A stretch of 32,000 bases of DNA from Archaeoglobus fulgidus DSM 4304 (GCF_000008665.1 NC_000917.1:1500001-1532000), one strand, 5' to 3'. Positions 16,881 to 26,822 are shown, counted from the first letter of the stretch. The notes: generated by a model not told the origin, from the letters alone. Program-made: numbers and translations.

Positions 16881-17506
16881 TTCACCCCAACCCTCGGGCA
16901 GCCCTTAATAGGACACTCATCGCAGAGAGGCTTCTGAGGCTTGCAGACTGTCTGGCCGAAGCCAACCATCGCCCTGTTCACCTTTTCCCAGAACTCCAAG
17001 GGAAAGAGCCTCTTCAACACCTCCTCCGTCTCCTCCGGTTTTGTCGTTCTGGCCCACCCAAGCCTGTTGGCTATCCTGTGAACGTGAGTGTCTACGGGAA
17101 TTGCAGGGATGTCCGAATACGCCAGCACAACATTTGCAGACTTCCTGCCTATGCCGGGCAGCTTTACAAGCTCCTCAAAGCTCAAGGGCACCTCGGAGCT
17201 GTAATCCTCAACAAGCTTCTTTGCAAGCTCCTTAAGCCTTTTAGCCTTTACTCTGTAAAAGCCCACACCCTTTATCAGCTCAGCTATCTCCTCCTCGCTG
17301 AGCTTCAGCAAATCCTCAGGTTTCTTTACCTTGGCAAAAAGGTTCTGGGCTGCTCTAACCGTCGCCTCGTCCCTCGTTCTTGAGCTCAGCAGCGCCGCAA
17401 CGAGGTGCTGGAAGGGAGTTTTAATCTCAGCCTTCAGGTGGTAAACAGGAGCCTTTCTTTTTATTGCCTCCCTCTCCATGACCTCTATTACCTCGATCGG
17501 GTCCAC
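16877..17506 (-). CDS. nth: Endonuclease III (HhH-GPD DNA glycosylase with a 4Fe-4S cluster)
   Basis: It has the helix-hairpin-helix LPGIGRKSANVVL, the catalytic-region motif VDTHVHR, and CKPQKPLCDECPIKGC (Cx6Cx2Cx5C). Confidence 0.85.
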   Translation of the reverse strand: MDPIEVIEVMEREAIKRKAPVYHLKAEIKTPFQHLVAALLSSRTRDEATVRAAQNLFAKVKKPEDLLKLSEEEIAELIKGVGFYRVKAKRLKELAKKLVEDYSSEVPLSFEELVKLPGIGRKSANVVLAYSDIPAIPVDTHVHRIANRLGWARTTKPEETEEVLKRLFPLEFWEKVNRAMVGFGQTVCKPQKPLCDECPIKGCPRVGVK

Positions 17507-17551
17507 ACTTCAGATGGGCAACCTTTTAAAAAGACTTTTCCGACTTGAATC

Positions 17552-18541
17552 ATGCCAAAGTTCGACTACGCCAAGGCTGGAGTTGACATCAGGGAGGAAG
17601 AGAGGGCGATTAAATCCCTCGCAAGCGTCATAAAGCACGTCAGGAGTGGTTTTGGCAGGCCGATTTTGACCTCTCACTATGCTGGTGTAATTGACTGCGG
17701 TGATTTCGGCATAACAATCACCACCGATGGAGTGGGGAGCAAGATTCTGGTTGCTGAGAAGATGAGAAAGTTCGACACCATCGGTATAGACTGCGTTGCT
17801 ATGAATGTCAACGATTTGCTCGCAATCGGCTCGGAACCGCTGGCAATGGTTGACTACATAGCCATTGAGAAGCCCGACGAGTGGATTATGGCCGAGATTG
17901 CGAAAGGGTTGGAGGAGGGGTGCAGAATTGCCAACATCACCCTTCTCGGCGGTGAGACTGCAACGCTGCCTGAAATCATCAGGGGATTTGATCTGGCTGG
18001 CACGGCAATAGGATGGGTAAAGAAGGATGCCATCATCACGGGAGAAAAGATAGAGGAGGGAGATGTTATCTTCGCCATACCGAGCAGCGGGATTCACAGC
18101 AACGGTCTTACCTTGGCCAGAAAGGTTGTTGAGGCTGCCGGGCTGAGCTACCACGACAAGTTTGGAGATAAAACCATTGGAGAGGAGCTGCTAACCCCAA
18201 CAAGAATTTACATGGAGATTCTTGACGTTTTAAGGGAATGCGAGGTTCATGGATTGGCGCACATAACCGGCAGCGGGTTGCTGAAGCTGAAAAGGCTGAA
18301 GAATATGAAATACGTCATTGACAAACCGCTAAAGCCGCAGGAGATTTTCAGGTTCATCCAGAAGCTTGGTGAGGTTGAGGAAGCGGAGATGTACAGAACC
18401 TTCAACATGGGTATGGGATTCATGGTGATACTGCCCGAAGATGAAGCTGATAAGCTGAAAAAGCTCTGTGAGGGAAGGGTTGTAGGTTACGTCGAAAAGG
18501 GAGAAGGAGTTTATGTGAAAGACTTGAGGCTCGACGCTTAG
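17552..18541 (+). CDS. purM: Phosphoribosylformylglycinamidine cyclo-ligase (AIR synthetase)
   Basis: 329 aa with [23 protein letters not shown] and SSGIHSNG. Confidence 0.9.
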
Positions 18542-19800
18542 CCTATTATGGTGTAATTGCTAAGATCAACTGCCTCCATTTTTTCCTGATGCTCTTTCAG
18601 GAAGCTTTTCACAAGCTCGGCAGCCATCTTCTTGCACTTCCCGCAGAGCAACCTCCCCTCCCTGCATTCTGCCTCAATCTGGTTTAGCTCCTCATCGCTA
18701 TCAATGAGGTGGAAGCTGTAAAGCTCGAAGACCACACATCTATCCGGCTCACCGCCAAGCCTTCTCTGCTCCTCGGCTGTCGCCCTTCCACCCGTGAAGG
18801 CCTTCATGACCTTCTTCGCTCCCTCTTCAGGAGGGTCGAGGAGGGAGATGTAGCTTTCAGGCTTGCTGGAGCTCATCTTCCCACCAGTAAGCCCTGTCGT
18901 AAAGCGGTGGTAGGTTGAGGATGGGGGAATGAAGGCAAAACCTCCAATTTCAACCTCTATCTTTCTCACAGCCCTCTCAATCTCCTCAGCTTCGCCAAAG
19001 ATGTCCATGTGCTCCTCGTAAATTTTCTTGTCGAACTCTAAATCCCGCAAACTGCTGAGATACTCCGCCCCCTTCCTGCTCCTAACTCTCACTCCTCCTT
19101 CAACTGGCTCGAAGCTGAAGATGCTGATTCTCGCCGCCAAGTCCCTCGTCAGTCGCATGTGGGGGTCCTGATCAGCCCCAACAGGCACCACCACTGGCTT
19201 TGGCCCTCCAAAATCGGAAAGCTGTGGATGGAGGATGTCAGCAGCCTGAATGGCTGTGACAAACATCTTAGCAAGGCTTGTGTCGGAGTTGAAGCCGTAA
19301 ATTGCCCTCAGCTCGCTGAAGTTCACCTCTGCCGAAAGCTCGAAGGCCAAGTCCTTTACGTGAGAGCTTTTGGACTGGAAGTAGATTACAGCATCCTCCC
19401 TAAGGCCGAGGGCGATGATGGATTTGATGTAAAGCATTCCGAGCTCCCTCGTCTTCTCCCAGCTCAAACCCCTTACCGAGTGAGCCTCCATGTCGGCAAT
19501 TGCTACAAAAGCTTTACCTCCCGCGCTCTGATGCCATACTATTTCATCCATCGTCATCTTGTGGCCGAAGTGAGGCAGACCAGAGGGCATGAAGCCTGAC
19601 ATAACCGCCCATGGCTCCTTTTTCTGCATCGCCTCGATAATTCTCCAATAATCCCTGTGGCCGAAAATCGCCCCTCTCCGCATCAGGATGTGGGGGTTGT
19701 CGATTTCAGGCAGCACCTCGCTGAAGGGCTGCATCCCGAACTCCTCTATGAGCTTGCTGTAGTCTATGACTCCCTCGACCTCCCATGGAGTAACGTTCAT
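18538..19800 (-). CDS. trpS: Tryptophanyl-tRNA synthetase (archaeal/eukaryotic type)
   Basis: It carries the class I motifs PSGLPHFGH (HIGH-like) and KMSSSKP (KMSKS). 420 aa. Confidence 0.85.
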
Positions 19801-19850
19801 GTGGTTCAGTAAGCAGCAGGTTAATATTCTTTGTGCAGACTTATTCCTGA

Positions 19851-20735
19851 ATGAGAGTTCAAAGGGTTCAGATAATGGGTGCAGGAGCTCTCGGTTCCCT
19901 TGTTGGGGCGCTGATTCAGCTTGCTGGCTATGATGTCATCTTTGTGGCGAGGGGGAAGCAGCTTGAGGCTTTGAAAAAGGGCCTGAGGGTTTCAGGGCTG
20001 AAGAATGCGGAGCTTAAGGTTTACTGCACCTCTCAGCCAGAGGATGCGGACATAACCTTCGTCACTGTGAAGGCCTACGATACCGAAACAGTGGCGAAGA
20101 AGCTGGCTGAGGTTGATGCTGGGGTGGTTTGCAGCCTTCAGAATGGTGTGGGGAATGAAGAGATTCTTGCAAAATACTGCAGGAAGGTTCTGGGGGGTGT
20201 TACGACCTACGGGGCGAACCTGAAGGACTACGGGCATGTTGTCTATGCGGGAGAGGGCTACACCTACGTTGGGGAGATGGATGGCAGAGTAAGCGGGGAG
20301 GCTGAGATGGTCGCTGAGGTTCTAAGAGATGCGGGGATGAGGGCTGAAGCTGTTAATGACATCGAGTTCAGGATTTGGGCCAAAGCTGTTGTCAATGCGG
20401 CGATAAACCCCATCACGGCAATATGCAGAGTCAAGAACGGTGAGGTGGTGAGAAACCCCCATCTGTGGGAGGTGGCAAGGGCTGTTGCCGATGAGGGAAG
20501 GCAGGTTATGGCGAGAATGGGCTACGAGTTCGATGCTGCTTCAGAGGTGAGGAAGGTTGCGGAGATGACCGCAGAAAACAGGTCATCTATGCTGCAGGAT
20601 TTGGAGAGAGGAAAGAGGACGGAGGTTGAGTTCATCAACGGGGCGATAGTGAAGAAGGGAGAAGAGTTCGGGATTGATTGTGCGGTTAACAGAACGCTGC
20701 TGAATCTTGTGAGGGGTGTGGAGAGTGGACTTTAA
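19851..20735 (+). CDS. panE: 2-Dehydropantoate 2-reductase (ketopantoate reductase family)
   Basis: It has IMGAGALGS, NGVGNEE and SSMLQDLERGKRTEVEFINGAIV. Confidence 0.8.
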   Translation: MRVQRVQIMGAGALGSLVGALIQLAGYDVIFVARGKQLEALKKGLRVSGLKNAELKVYCTSQPEDADITFVTVKAYDTETVAKKLAEVDAGVVCSLQNGVGNEEILAKYCRKVLGGVTTYGANLKDYGHVVYAGEGYTYVGEMDGRVSGEAEMVAEVLRDAGMRAEAVNDIEFRIWAKAVVNAAINPITAICRVKNGEVVRNPHLWEVARAVADEGRQVMARMGYEFDAASEVRKVAEMTAENRSSMLQDLERGKRTEVEFINGAIVKKGEEFGIDCAVNRTLLNLVRGVESGL

Positions 20736-21177
20736 CCTGCTGAGCGTTCTTCTTGTGTCAGCGATGCCCTTTTCCGAGCTAAGGGGGGCTATACCGCTCG
20801 CCCTCTACTTCGGCTTCAGCCCTGCTGAGGCATACCTGCTTTCAGTCTTGGGAAACATTCTGCCGGTCCCCTTTCTTCTCCTCTTCCTCGACTACCTCGT
20901 GAGAATTGCGACAAAAGTAGAGTTGCTGGCCAGAATTTACCGAAGGGTTGTGGAAAGGGTGGAGAGGAGAAAGGGAGTTGTGGAGAGATACGGCTACCTC
21001 GGCCTGACGATTTTCGTCGCCATCCCTTTGCCGGTGACGGGAGCATGGACGGGTACCTTGCTTGCTTTTCTGTTACAGCTCAACCGTCTCAAGGCTTTTC
21101 TCTTCATCTCCGCAGGCGTTTGCATTGCTGGCGTTGTGGTTCTTCTCGCCTCGATTGGAATAATCAGGCTTTTATAA
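20716..21177 (+). CDS. Small membrane protein, putative small multidrug-export family (COG2426-like)
   Basis: It has the SELRGAIPLA motif and four hydrophobic helices. The start is uncertain (ATG at 20716 or 20764). Confidence 0.55.
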   Translation: MWRVDFNLLSVLLVSAMPFSELRGAIPLALYFGFSPAEAYLLSVLGNILPVPFLLLFLDYLVRIATKVELLARIYRRVVERVERRKGVVERYGYLGLTIFVAIPLPVTGAWTGTLLAFLLQLNRLKAFLFISAGVCIAGVVVLLASIGIIRLL

Positions 21178-21226
21178 TTTATTACGAAACCAAAAGTTTA
21201 TTGGGAAAACTGCAGAACCTTAAAGC

Positions 21227-21700
21227 GTGATTGAGCTGTTCACCTCAACAAGAGTTCAGATTCTCTCAAAGCTGATTGAGAGGCCATACACAGCATCCGA
21301 GATAGCCAAGCTTACCGGCTACTCCAAAACAACAGTCAGCTACCATCTCAGCAAGCTGAATGAGGCTGGATTGGTGGAGAGGCTTGAGAGGGGAAAGTGG
21401 GTTTACTACAGGATTACTCCCAAAGGAGAGAGGAGGGTGAAGGTCGAGGCAGCAATTTCACTCGTTTCTCTTGCTGGAGCTGTGATTTCTGCCGTTGCCT
21501 TTGCAATGCTGAGATTGCAGGGGAAAGCGGTGGAAAAGTTTGCTGTTGCGGGGGAAAAGGAGGTGGTCCCGACCAGCATTCCGAAACGCGCTCCTGTGAC
21601 AATTCAGGAAGTTGGGGGCGGTATGGACTGGCAGCTTTTGCTCCTTGCAGCAGCCTTCGCCTTCCTGCTTATCTTCATCTTCATGAGATTCAGAAAATAG
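21227..21700 (+). CDS. ArsR-type winged-helix regulator with C-terminal transmembrane helices
   Basis: It has TRVQILSKLIERPYTASEIAKLTGYSKTTVSYHLSKLNEAGLV, then two hydrophobic segments (AAISLVSLAGAVISAVAFAML and WQLLLLAAAFAFLLIFIFM). It uses a GTG start. Confidence 0.65.
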   Translation: MIELFTSTRVQILSKLIERPYTASEIAKLTGYSKTTVSYHLSKLNEAGLVERLERGKWVYYRITPKGERRVKVEAAISLVSLAGAVISAVAFAMLRLQGKAVEKFAVAGEKEVVPTSIPKRAPVTIQEVGGGMDWQLLLLAAAFAFLLIFIFMRFRK

Positions 21701-21726
21701 TTATAATATTTTATGCCACTAAGATT

Positions 21727-22260
21727 ATGGGAAGACACCTGACTGTCTTCATCATCGCCCTCGCAGCAGTCTTTGCTGCATGCGCTGAAGAGAAGGAAAT
21801 GGCCAAAAGCCTGACTGTAAAATCTGCTTTTGAAAATGGAGGGAAGATTCCAGCCAAGTACACCTGCGACGGTGAAGACATCTCGCCTCCTCTTTACATC
21901 GAAGGTTTGAGGGAGGACGTGAAAAGTCTCGTGATAATATGCGAAGACCCCGATGCACCTATGGGCGTTTTCACGCACTGGATTGCATGGAACGTTGAGC
22001 CAACTTCAGAGATTCCCGAAAACGTTCCAAAGACCAAGTTTGTTGATGAGCCAAAGATGGTTCAGGGCAGGAACGACTTTGGCAAGGTCGGTTACAATGG
22101 CCCATGTCCGCCCAGTGGGGAGCACAGGTATTACTTCAGGATTTACGCAATTGACACCCTTCTGCAGGGGGATTACAGCAGGCAGGAATTGCTGCGTGCC
22201 ATTGAAGGACATATTTTGCAGTACGGCGAAATTTACGGCCTTTACAGCAGAAGCAGATAA
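21727..22260 (+). CDS. PEBP/YbhB-YbcL (Raf kinase inhibitor-like) family protein, probable lipoprotein
   Basis: It has the signal plus lipobox-like FIIALAAVFAAC, then CEDPDAPMGVFTHW and GPCPPSGEHRYYFRIYA. I use the ATG at 21727 rather than the ORF-track start at 21397. Confidence 0.8.
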   Translation: MGRHLTVFIIALAAVFAACAEEKEMAKSLTVKSAFENGGKIPAKYTCDGEDISPPLYIEGLREDVKSLVIICEDPDAPMGVFTHWIAWNVEPTSEIPENVPKTKFVDEPKMVQGRNDFGKVGYNGPCPPSGEHRYYFRIYAIDTLLQGDYSRQELLRAIEGHILQYGEIYGLYSRSR

Positions 22261-22278
22261 GTTGAATCAGAATTCAAC
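22261..22278 (+). terminator. Hairpin GTTGAAT-caga-ATTCAAC immediately after the PEBP stop codon
   Basis: The 7-bp perfect arms were read directly from the sequence, and a T-rich tract follows at about 22298-22305. Confidence 0.3.
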
Positions 22279-22362
22279 CAGAATCGGCATTTAAAATATT
22301 TTTTTAGCTTTCAAAACCTTTTCCGTTAATTTTTTATTCTTTTAAGCATCCTCAGTTAAGAG

Positions 22363-22938
22363 GTGGTCAAAATTCTGATTGAGGTTAGATTTCACGGTAG
22401 AGGTGGACAGGGAGCGGTCACAGCGGCTGATCTGCTCGCCGTTGCAGGATTTAAGGAGGGATACTACACGCTCTCCTTTCCAATGTTCGGAGCGGAGAAG
22501 AGAGGAACTCCCGTGGTCTCATTCCTCAGAATTTCCGATGAACCAATAGTTGCGAGGGACGAGGTTTACAACCCCGATTATGTCGTGGTGCTTGATCCAA
22601 CGGTGATGGAGACGGTCAACGTAGTTGCCGGGCTGAAGAAGGGAGGGATGCTGATAGCCAACTACCCTAAGAGTTCGGAGGACCTCAAGAAAGAGGTAAA
22701 GGCTGACGAGCTTGGAATAAAGGTTGCGACAATAAACGCCACAAAGATGGCCATGGAAGTGCTGGGAAGGCCTATAACCAACACGACGATGGTTGGAGCT
22801 TTTGGAGGTGCAACGAGGCTCATTGCCCTTGAAACGCTGCTTGAGGTAGTCAGAGAGTGGTTCAAGGGTGAGCTGGCAGAGAAAAACGCCAAGCTGGTTG
22901 AGGAGGCTTATCGCTACATGATGGAGGTGTGCAGATGA
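22363..22938 (+). CDS. porG: Pyruvate (2-oxoacid):ferredoxin oxidoreductase, gamma subunit
   Basis: 191 aa with the typical gamma-subunit N-terminus RFHGRGGQGAVTAADLLA. It is the first gene of a four-gene overlapping operon. Confidence 0.85.
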   Translation: MVKILIEVRFHGRGGQGAVTAADLLAVAGFKEGYYTLSFPMFGAEKRGTPVVSFLRISDEPIVARDEVYNPDYVVVLDPTVMETVNVVAGLKKGGMLIANYPKSSEDLKKEVKADELGIKVATINATKMAMEVLGRPITNTTMVGAFGGATRLIALETLLEVVREWFKGELAEKNAKLVEEAYRYMMEVCR

Positions 22939-23228
22939 AGATTAAAATCAATTTAGGAGCGATTTCGGAACCAATGCAGTCTGAAAACCTCAAAACGGGC
23001 GACTGGGGGACGCACTATCCTGTGGTTGACAAGGAAAAGTGCACAGCCTGCAAAACATGCGAGCAGTACTGCCCTGATCTGTGCATTGAGGTCAAGGAGT
23101 TTGGGGATGAGAAGTATGCAGTTGTGAACTACAACTACTGCAAGGGATGCGGCATCTGTGCCTCAGTCTGCCCCTTTGAGGCCATTAAGATGGAGCTGAA
23201 GGACATCTTCAAGTTTGATGCTTGCTGA
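22935..23228 (+). CDS. porD: Pyruvate:ferredoxin oxidoreductase, delta subunit (2x[4Fe-4S] ferredoxin-like)
   Basis: It has CTACKTCEQYCP and CKGCGICASVCP. The ATG at 22935 forms an ATGA overlap with the porG stop; a GTG at 22929 is an alternative start. Confidence 0.85.
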   Translation: MKIKINLGAISEPMQSENLKTGDWGTHYPVVDKEKCTACKTCEQYCPDLCIEVKEFGDEKYAVVNYNYCKGCGICASVCPFEAIKMELKDIFKFDAC

Positions 23229-23237
23229 GGTGGTAAA

Positions 23238-24413
23238 ATGAGGAAAGTGGTTAGAGGTTTTTACTCTGTCGCGTACTCGGTCAAGCTCTGCAAACCAAAC
23301 GTCATTTGCGCTTATCCCATCACTCCCCAGACGGAGATAGTTGAGAACCTCGCAGCCATGTATGCGAACGGCGAGCTGGGAGATGCTGAGTACATAACAG
23401 CAGAATCAGAATTTGGAGCGGCAAGCATGCTTGTCGGAGCTTCTGCTGCGGGAGCGAGAGTTTTCACAGCAACTTGCAGTCAGGGTTTAATTTTGATGAG
23501 CGAAGTTCTTTTCAACGCCGCTGGAATGAGACTGCCCATCGTTCTTGTTAACACCAACAGAGCTCTCTCAGCTCCGCTAAGCATCTGGAACGACCATCAG
23601 GACAGCATGGCGATGAGGGATGCAGGAATCATGCAGGTTTACGTTGAGAACAATCAGGAGGCCCACGACATGATTCCTCAGGCATACAAGGTCGCTGAAA
23701 ACAGGAAGGTTCTGCTTCCCTTCATGATATGCATGGATGGTTACAAGCTCACACACGCCTACGAGCCCGTTGACCTTCTTGAGCAGGAAACGGTTGACAG
23801 CTTTCTCCCACCATACGAGCCCGCTGCCTACATGACCACCAAGAAGCCCTTGGCCTTCGGCTGCTACGCCCCGCCGCACGTCTACATGGAGTTCAGGGTT
23901 GCGATGCAGCAGGCGATGGAGAGGGCCAGAAAGATAATGCTTGACGTCTTCAAAGAATGGGGAGAGCTTACCGGCAGAGACTGGGGAGGGCACATCACAG
24001 TTGACTTCCCCGACTCCAAAATCTTCGTGGTGGCGATGGGCTCCGTTGTTGGATTGCTGAGAAAGGTCGTCGAGGAGCTCAGAGGTGAGGGGCTGAGCGT
24101 TGGGCTTATCAAGATAAGAACCTTCCGCCCCTTCCCGGTTGAGGAGCTGAGAGAGGCTTTGAAGGATGCTGAGAAGGTAATTGTTCTCGACCGCTCCGTC
24201 AGCTTTGGATATGAGGGGCCGGTATCCATCGAGCTAAAATCCGCCATCTACGGGCACTCATCTGCAGAAATCTACTCCTTTGCGGTTGGGCTGGGTGGTA
24301 GAGATATGCCAAAGGACTTCCTTGAGAAAATCATCAGGGATGTTGCTGAGGGCAGGGAAAAGCCGGGATTTGCGTTTAAAGGTTATCAAGAGTTCGAGGA
24401 GGTGATACCGTGA
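23238..24413 (+). CDS. porA: Pyruvate:ferredoxin oxidoreductase, alpha subunit
   Basis: 391 aa with AYPITPQTEIVE and a transketolase-like domain. GGTGG (Shine-Dalgarno-like) lies upstream. Confidence 0.85.
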   Translation: MRKVVRGFYSVAYSVKLCKPNVICAYPITPQTEIVENLAAMYANGELGDAEYITAESEFGAASMLVGASAAGARVFTATCSQGLILMSEVLFNAAGMRLPIVLVNTNRALSAPLSIWNDHQDSMAMRDAGIMQVYVENNQEAHDMIPQAYKVAENRKVLLPFMICMDGYKLTHAYEPVDLLEQETVDSFLPPYEPAAYMTTKKPLAFGCYAPPHVYMEFRVAMQQAMERARKIMLDVFKEWGELTGRDWGGHITVDFPDSKIFVVAMGSVVGLLRKVVEELRGEGLSVGLIKIRTFRPFPVEELREALKDAEKVIVLDRSVSFGYEGPVSIELKSAIYGHSSAEIYSFAVGLGGRDMPKDFLEKIIRDVAEGREKPGFAFKGYQEFEEVIP

Positions 24414-25294
24414 AGTACTTCGGCAGCGGACATGGCGCTTGCCCCGGATGCGGTTTGCCGATTGCAGTCAAGACCGTTCTCAACTTGCTTGACGGCAAGG
24501 TCTTCGCAGTAAACTCCACAGGCTGCCTCGAAATCATAAGCTCCCAGTACGGCAAGAATGCATGGAACGTCCCCTACATCCATTCTCTCTTTGAGAATGC
24601 TGCCGCTGTTGCTGCAGGAGTTGAGGCTGCCCTAAGAGCCTTGAAAAGGAAGGATGAGGGGCATGTGGTCGTTTTTGCTGGCGATGGGGCAACAGCGGAC
24701 ATCGGCATTGGAACGCTGAGCGGAGCCTTCGACAGGAACCACGACATCCTCTACATCTGCCTTGACAATGAGGCTTACCAGAACACGGGGCACCAGCAGA
24801 GCGGCTTAACACCACCCGGAGAGTCCACCACCACAACACCCGCAGGAAAGGTTCTGCCGGGCAAGGTGGGGAGGAAGAAGGACATGATTTCTATTGCGGT
24901 AGCTCACGGCATCCCCTACGTTGCCTCATCCTCAGTCGGCTACGTTTCGGACATCCGCAGGAAGGTCAAGAAGGCTGTTAAGTTTGAGGGGGCCAAGTAC
25001 ATCCAGATTCACTCTCCCTGCGTCACGGGATGGGGAATTGACGGCAGCATCGCAATAAAGGTAGCGAGGCTTGCGGTTGAGACTGGCCTGTATCCCCTCG
25101 TCGAGTTCGAGTACGGGAAGCTGACTTCGGTGAGGAAAATTAAGGACAGGAAGCCTGTTGAGGAGTACCTGAAGCTGCAAAGGAGGTTCAGGCACCTCTT
25201 CACCCACGAAAAGGGCAGGGAGATGATTGAGACACTGCAGAGATTTGCGGACGAGAATGCGGAGAGGTACGGGCTTGATTTGAAGAGGGAATGA
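24410..25294 (+). CDS. porB: Pyruvate:ferredoxin oxidoreductase, beta subunit (TPP-binding)
   Basis: It has CPGCG, the TPP motif GDGATADIGIGTLS and LDNEAYQNTG. The GTG start overlaps the porA stop by 4 nt. Confidence 0.85.
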   Translation: MKYFGSGHGACPGCGLPIAVKTVLNLLDGKVFAVNSTGCLEIISSQYGKNAWNVPYIHSLFENAAAVAAGVEAALRALKRKDEGHVVVFAGDGATADIGIGTLSGAFDRNHDILYICLDNEAYQNTGHQQSGLTPPGESTTTTPAGKVLPGKVGRKKDMISIAVAHGIPYVASSSVGYVSDIRRKVKKAVKFEGAKYIQIHSPCVTGWGIDGSIAIKVARLAVETGLYPLVEFEYGKLTSVRKIKDRKPVEEYLKLQRRFRHLFTHEKGREMIETLQRFADENAERYGLDLKRE

Positions 25295-25917
25295 TTTTTT
25301 CCTTTATTTTTAAGGTTGCCGTAATAAGCAGCTCCGGCGCTTTAGCTCCGGGCCCTTTAACAGCAGCTACTGCCGCAATAGGCGTAAAGCGTGGCTGGAA
25401 GGGCGGTTTTTGGGTGAGTGTTGGTCATGCTGCTGTTGAGCTGCCCCTCGTCATTTTGATCGCAACAGGTGTGGCGGTGGTTCTTACTCATTCCTCAGCT
25501 TTATCGCTCCTCAGCGTTGCAGGCGGGGTGATGCTGCTCTCCTTTGCTTTTCTGACAGCCAAAAGCGCTTTTTCAAAAACTGAAGAGAAAGCCGAGAGCT
25601 CTGCCAACCCCTTCTCCACGGGAGTTGCCCTCTCAGCCCTGAATCCCTTCTTCATCGCCTGGTGGGCTGGTGTAGGAGCGGTGCTGATTACTGAAGCCAT
25701 CTCGCTCTGGGGATATGCGGGAATAGCTGTTCTCTACCTCAGCCACGTCTGGCTGGACTTTGCGTGGCTTATCTTGTTAGCTCACCTCACTTCAATGGCC
25801 ATTTTCAGCGCTAAAGCATACAGAGCGTTGCTTGTCGCACTCGCAGCTCTCGTTTTCCTCTTCGGAGTTGACTTCCTCCACTACGGTCTGTTCAGCAAGC
25901 ATCTTCTACCAATCTAA
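25291..25917 (+). CDS. LysE/RhtB-type translocator family membrane protein
   Basis: 208 aa with about six hydrophobic helices and ALAPGP near the N-terminus. It forms an ATGA overlap with the porB stop. Confidence 0.5.
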   Translation: MIFSFIFKVAVISSSGALAPGPLTAATAAIGVKRGWKGGFWVSVGHAAVELPLVILIATGVAVVLTHSSALSLLSVAGGVMLLSFAFLTAKSAFSKTEEKAESSANPFSTGVALSALNPFFIAWWAGVGAVLITEAISLWGYAGIAVLYLSHVWLDFAWLILLAHLTSMAIFSAKAYRALLVALAALVFLFGVDFLHYGLFSKHLLPI

Positions 25918-26729
25918 AGCCTGAGAATGTCCAGCTTCGGCATCTTAATTAGCCCTTTCGCCTCGGCCATTTCGTAGAGCTTTTTCAAAGCTGCATCAAC
26001 ACTTTCGGGCATGTTGTAGGTGTAGTCGTTGACGTACATCATTGCAAACCTCTTCGCCCTCTCCCTGTCCAGCCCCCTTGAGTACTTCATCGCATACTCA
26101 ATCGCCTCATCGGGATTTTCAATGGCAAAAGCTATGCTCTCCCTCATTGCCCTCAGAAACTCCTCCTGCACCTCTACGCTCAAATCTCTCCTTATGGCAT
26201 TGAGGCCGAGGGGGAGGGGGAGCTTTACCTGCTCGCTCCACCAATCCCAGAGGTCGAGAACGCATTTTAAGCCGTAATCTGCGTAGGTAATCTGTCCCTC
26301 GTGAATCAGCAGCCCAGCATCAACCTCTTCATCCAGCACAGCCTGAATTATCCTGTCAAAAGGCATCTCCACAGGCTCAAAATCTTCAACAGCAAGCTTC
26401 AGCAAGAGGTTTGCAGTGGTATATCTTCCGGGAACGGCTATTCTCTTTCCATCAAGGCTAATCTCGCTCTTGGCAACCACAACAGGCCCATAACCATCTC
26501 CAACACTCGCACCAGCTGAGAGAATTCGGTATTTATCATCAAGCAGGGCGTAAGCATGGGCAGAGATGGCGGTGACCTCGTATTCTGCATTAAAGGCCTT
26601 CCTGTTGAGGGTCTCTATATCCTCAATGACGTGCTCAATCTCCAGCCAAGTGTCAACCTTGCCATGAGTCATGGCGTAGAACATGAAGGCATCGTCAGCA
26701 TCAGGTGTGTGGGCAACTCTGATTTTCAT
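25914..26729 (-). CDS. MqnA/MqnD-family (futalosine-pathway menaquinone biosynthesis, periplasmic-binding-protein fold) protein
   Basis: 271 aa with the N-terminus KIRVAHTPDADDAFMFYAM and GLLIHEGQITY, which are characteristic of this family. I cannot tell which paralogue it is. Confidence 0.6.
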   Translation of the reverse strand: MKIRVAHTPDADDAFMFYAMTHGKVDTWLEIEHVIEDIETLNRKAFNAEYEVTAISAHAYALLDDKYRILSAGASVGDGYGPVVVAKSEISLDGKRIAVPGRYTTANLLLKLAVEDFEPVEMPFDRIIQAVLDEEVDAGLLIHEGQITYADYGLKCVLDLWDWWSEQVKLPLPLGLNAIRRDLSVEVQEEFLRAMRESIAFAIENPDEAIEYAMKYSRGLDRERAKRFAMMYVNDYTYNMPESVDAALKKLYEMAEAKGLIKMPKLDILRL

Positions 26730-26822
26730 GGGCTTTTTTGAGTGTGTTAGCTTTTAAAAGATTTGTTTTTACAGAGCTTTAGTGAAAGCGTAAAAGTCGC
26801 TTTAAATTCTCGAACACGAAAC

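Noticed and set aside
17510-18154. 214-aa minus-strand ORF opposite purM
   Set aside because: purM on the plus strand has unmistakable AIR-synthetase motifs. The antisense product has no motif and would overlap the nth promoter region.
21397-21726. Upstream 110 codons of the 287-aa ORF track entry 21397..22260
   Set aside because: This part overlaps the ArsR-like gene in another frame and translates to a Cys/Gly/Ser-rich sequence that looks non-protein-like. The PEBP protein begins convincingly with a signal peptide at the ATG at 21727.
26730-26822. Possible leftover C-terminus of the IS-disrupted hydrolase on the far side of the IS
   Set aside because: All three minus-strand frames give only 6-24 codons before a stop, and none contains the expected GH...E.P catalytic-His segment. 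I interpret this as a deletion rather than a split gene.
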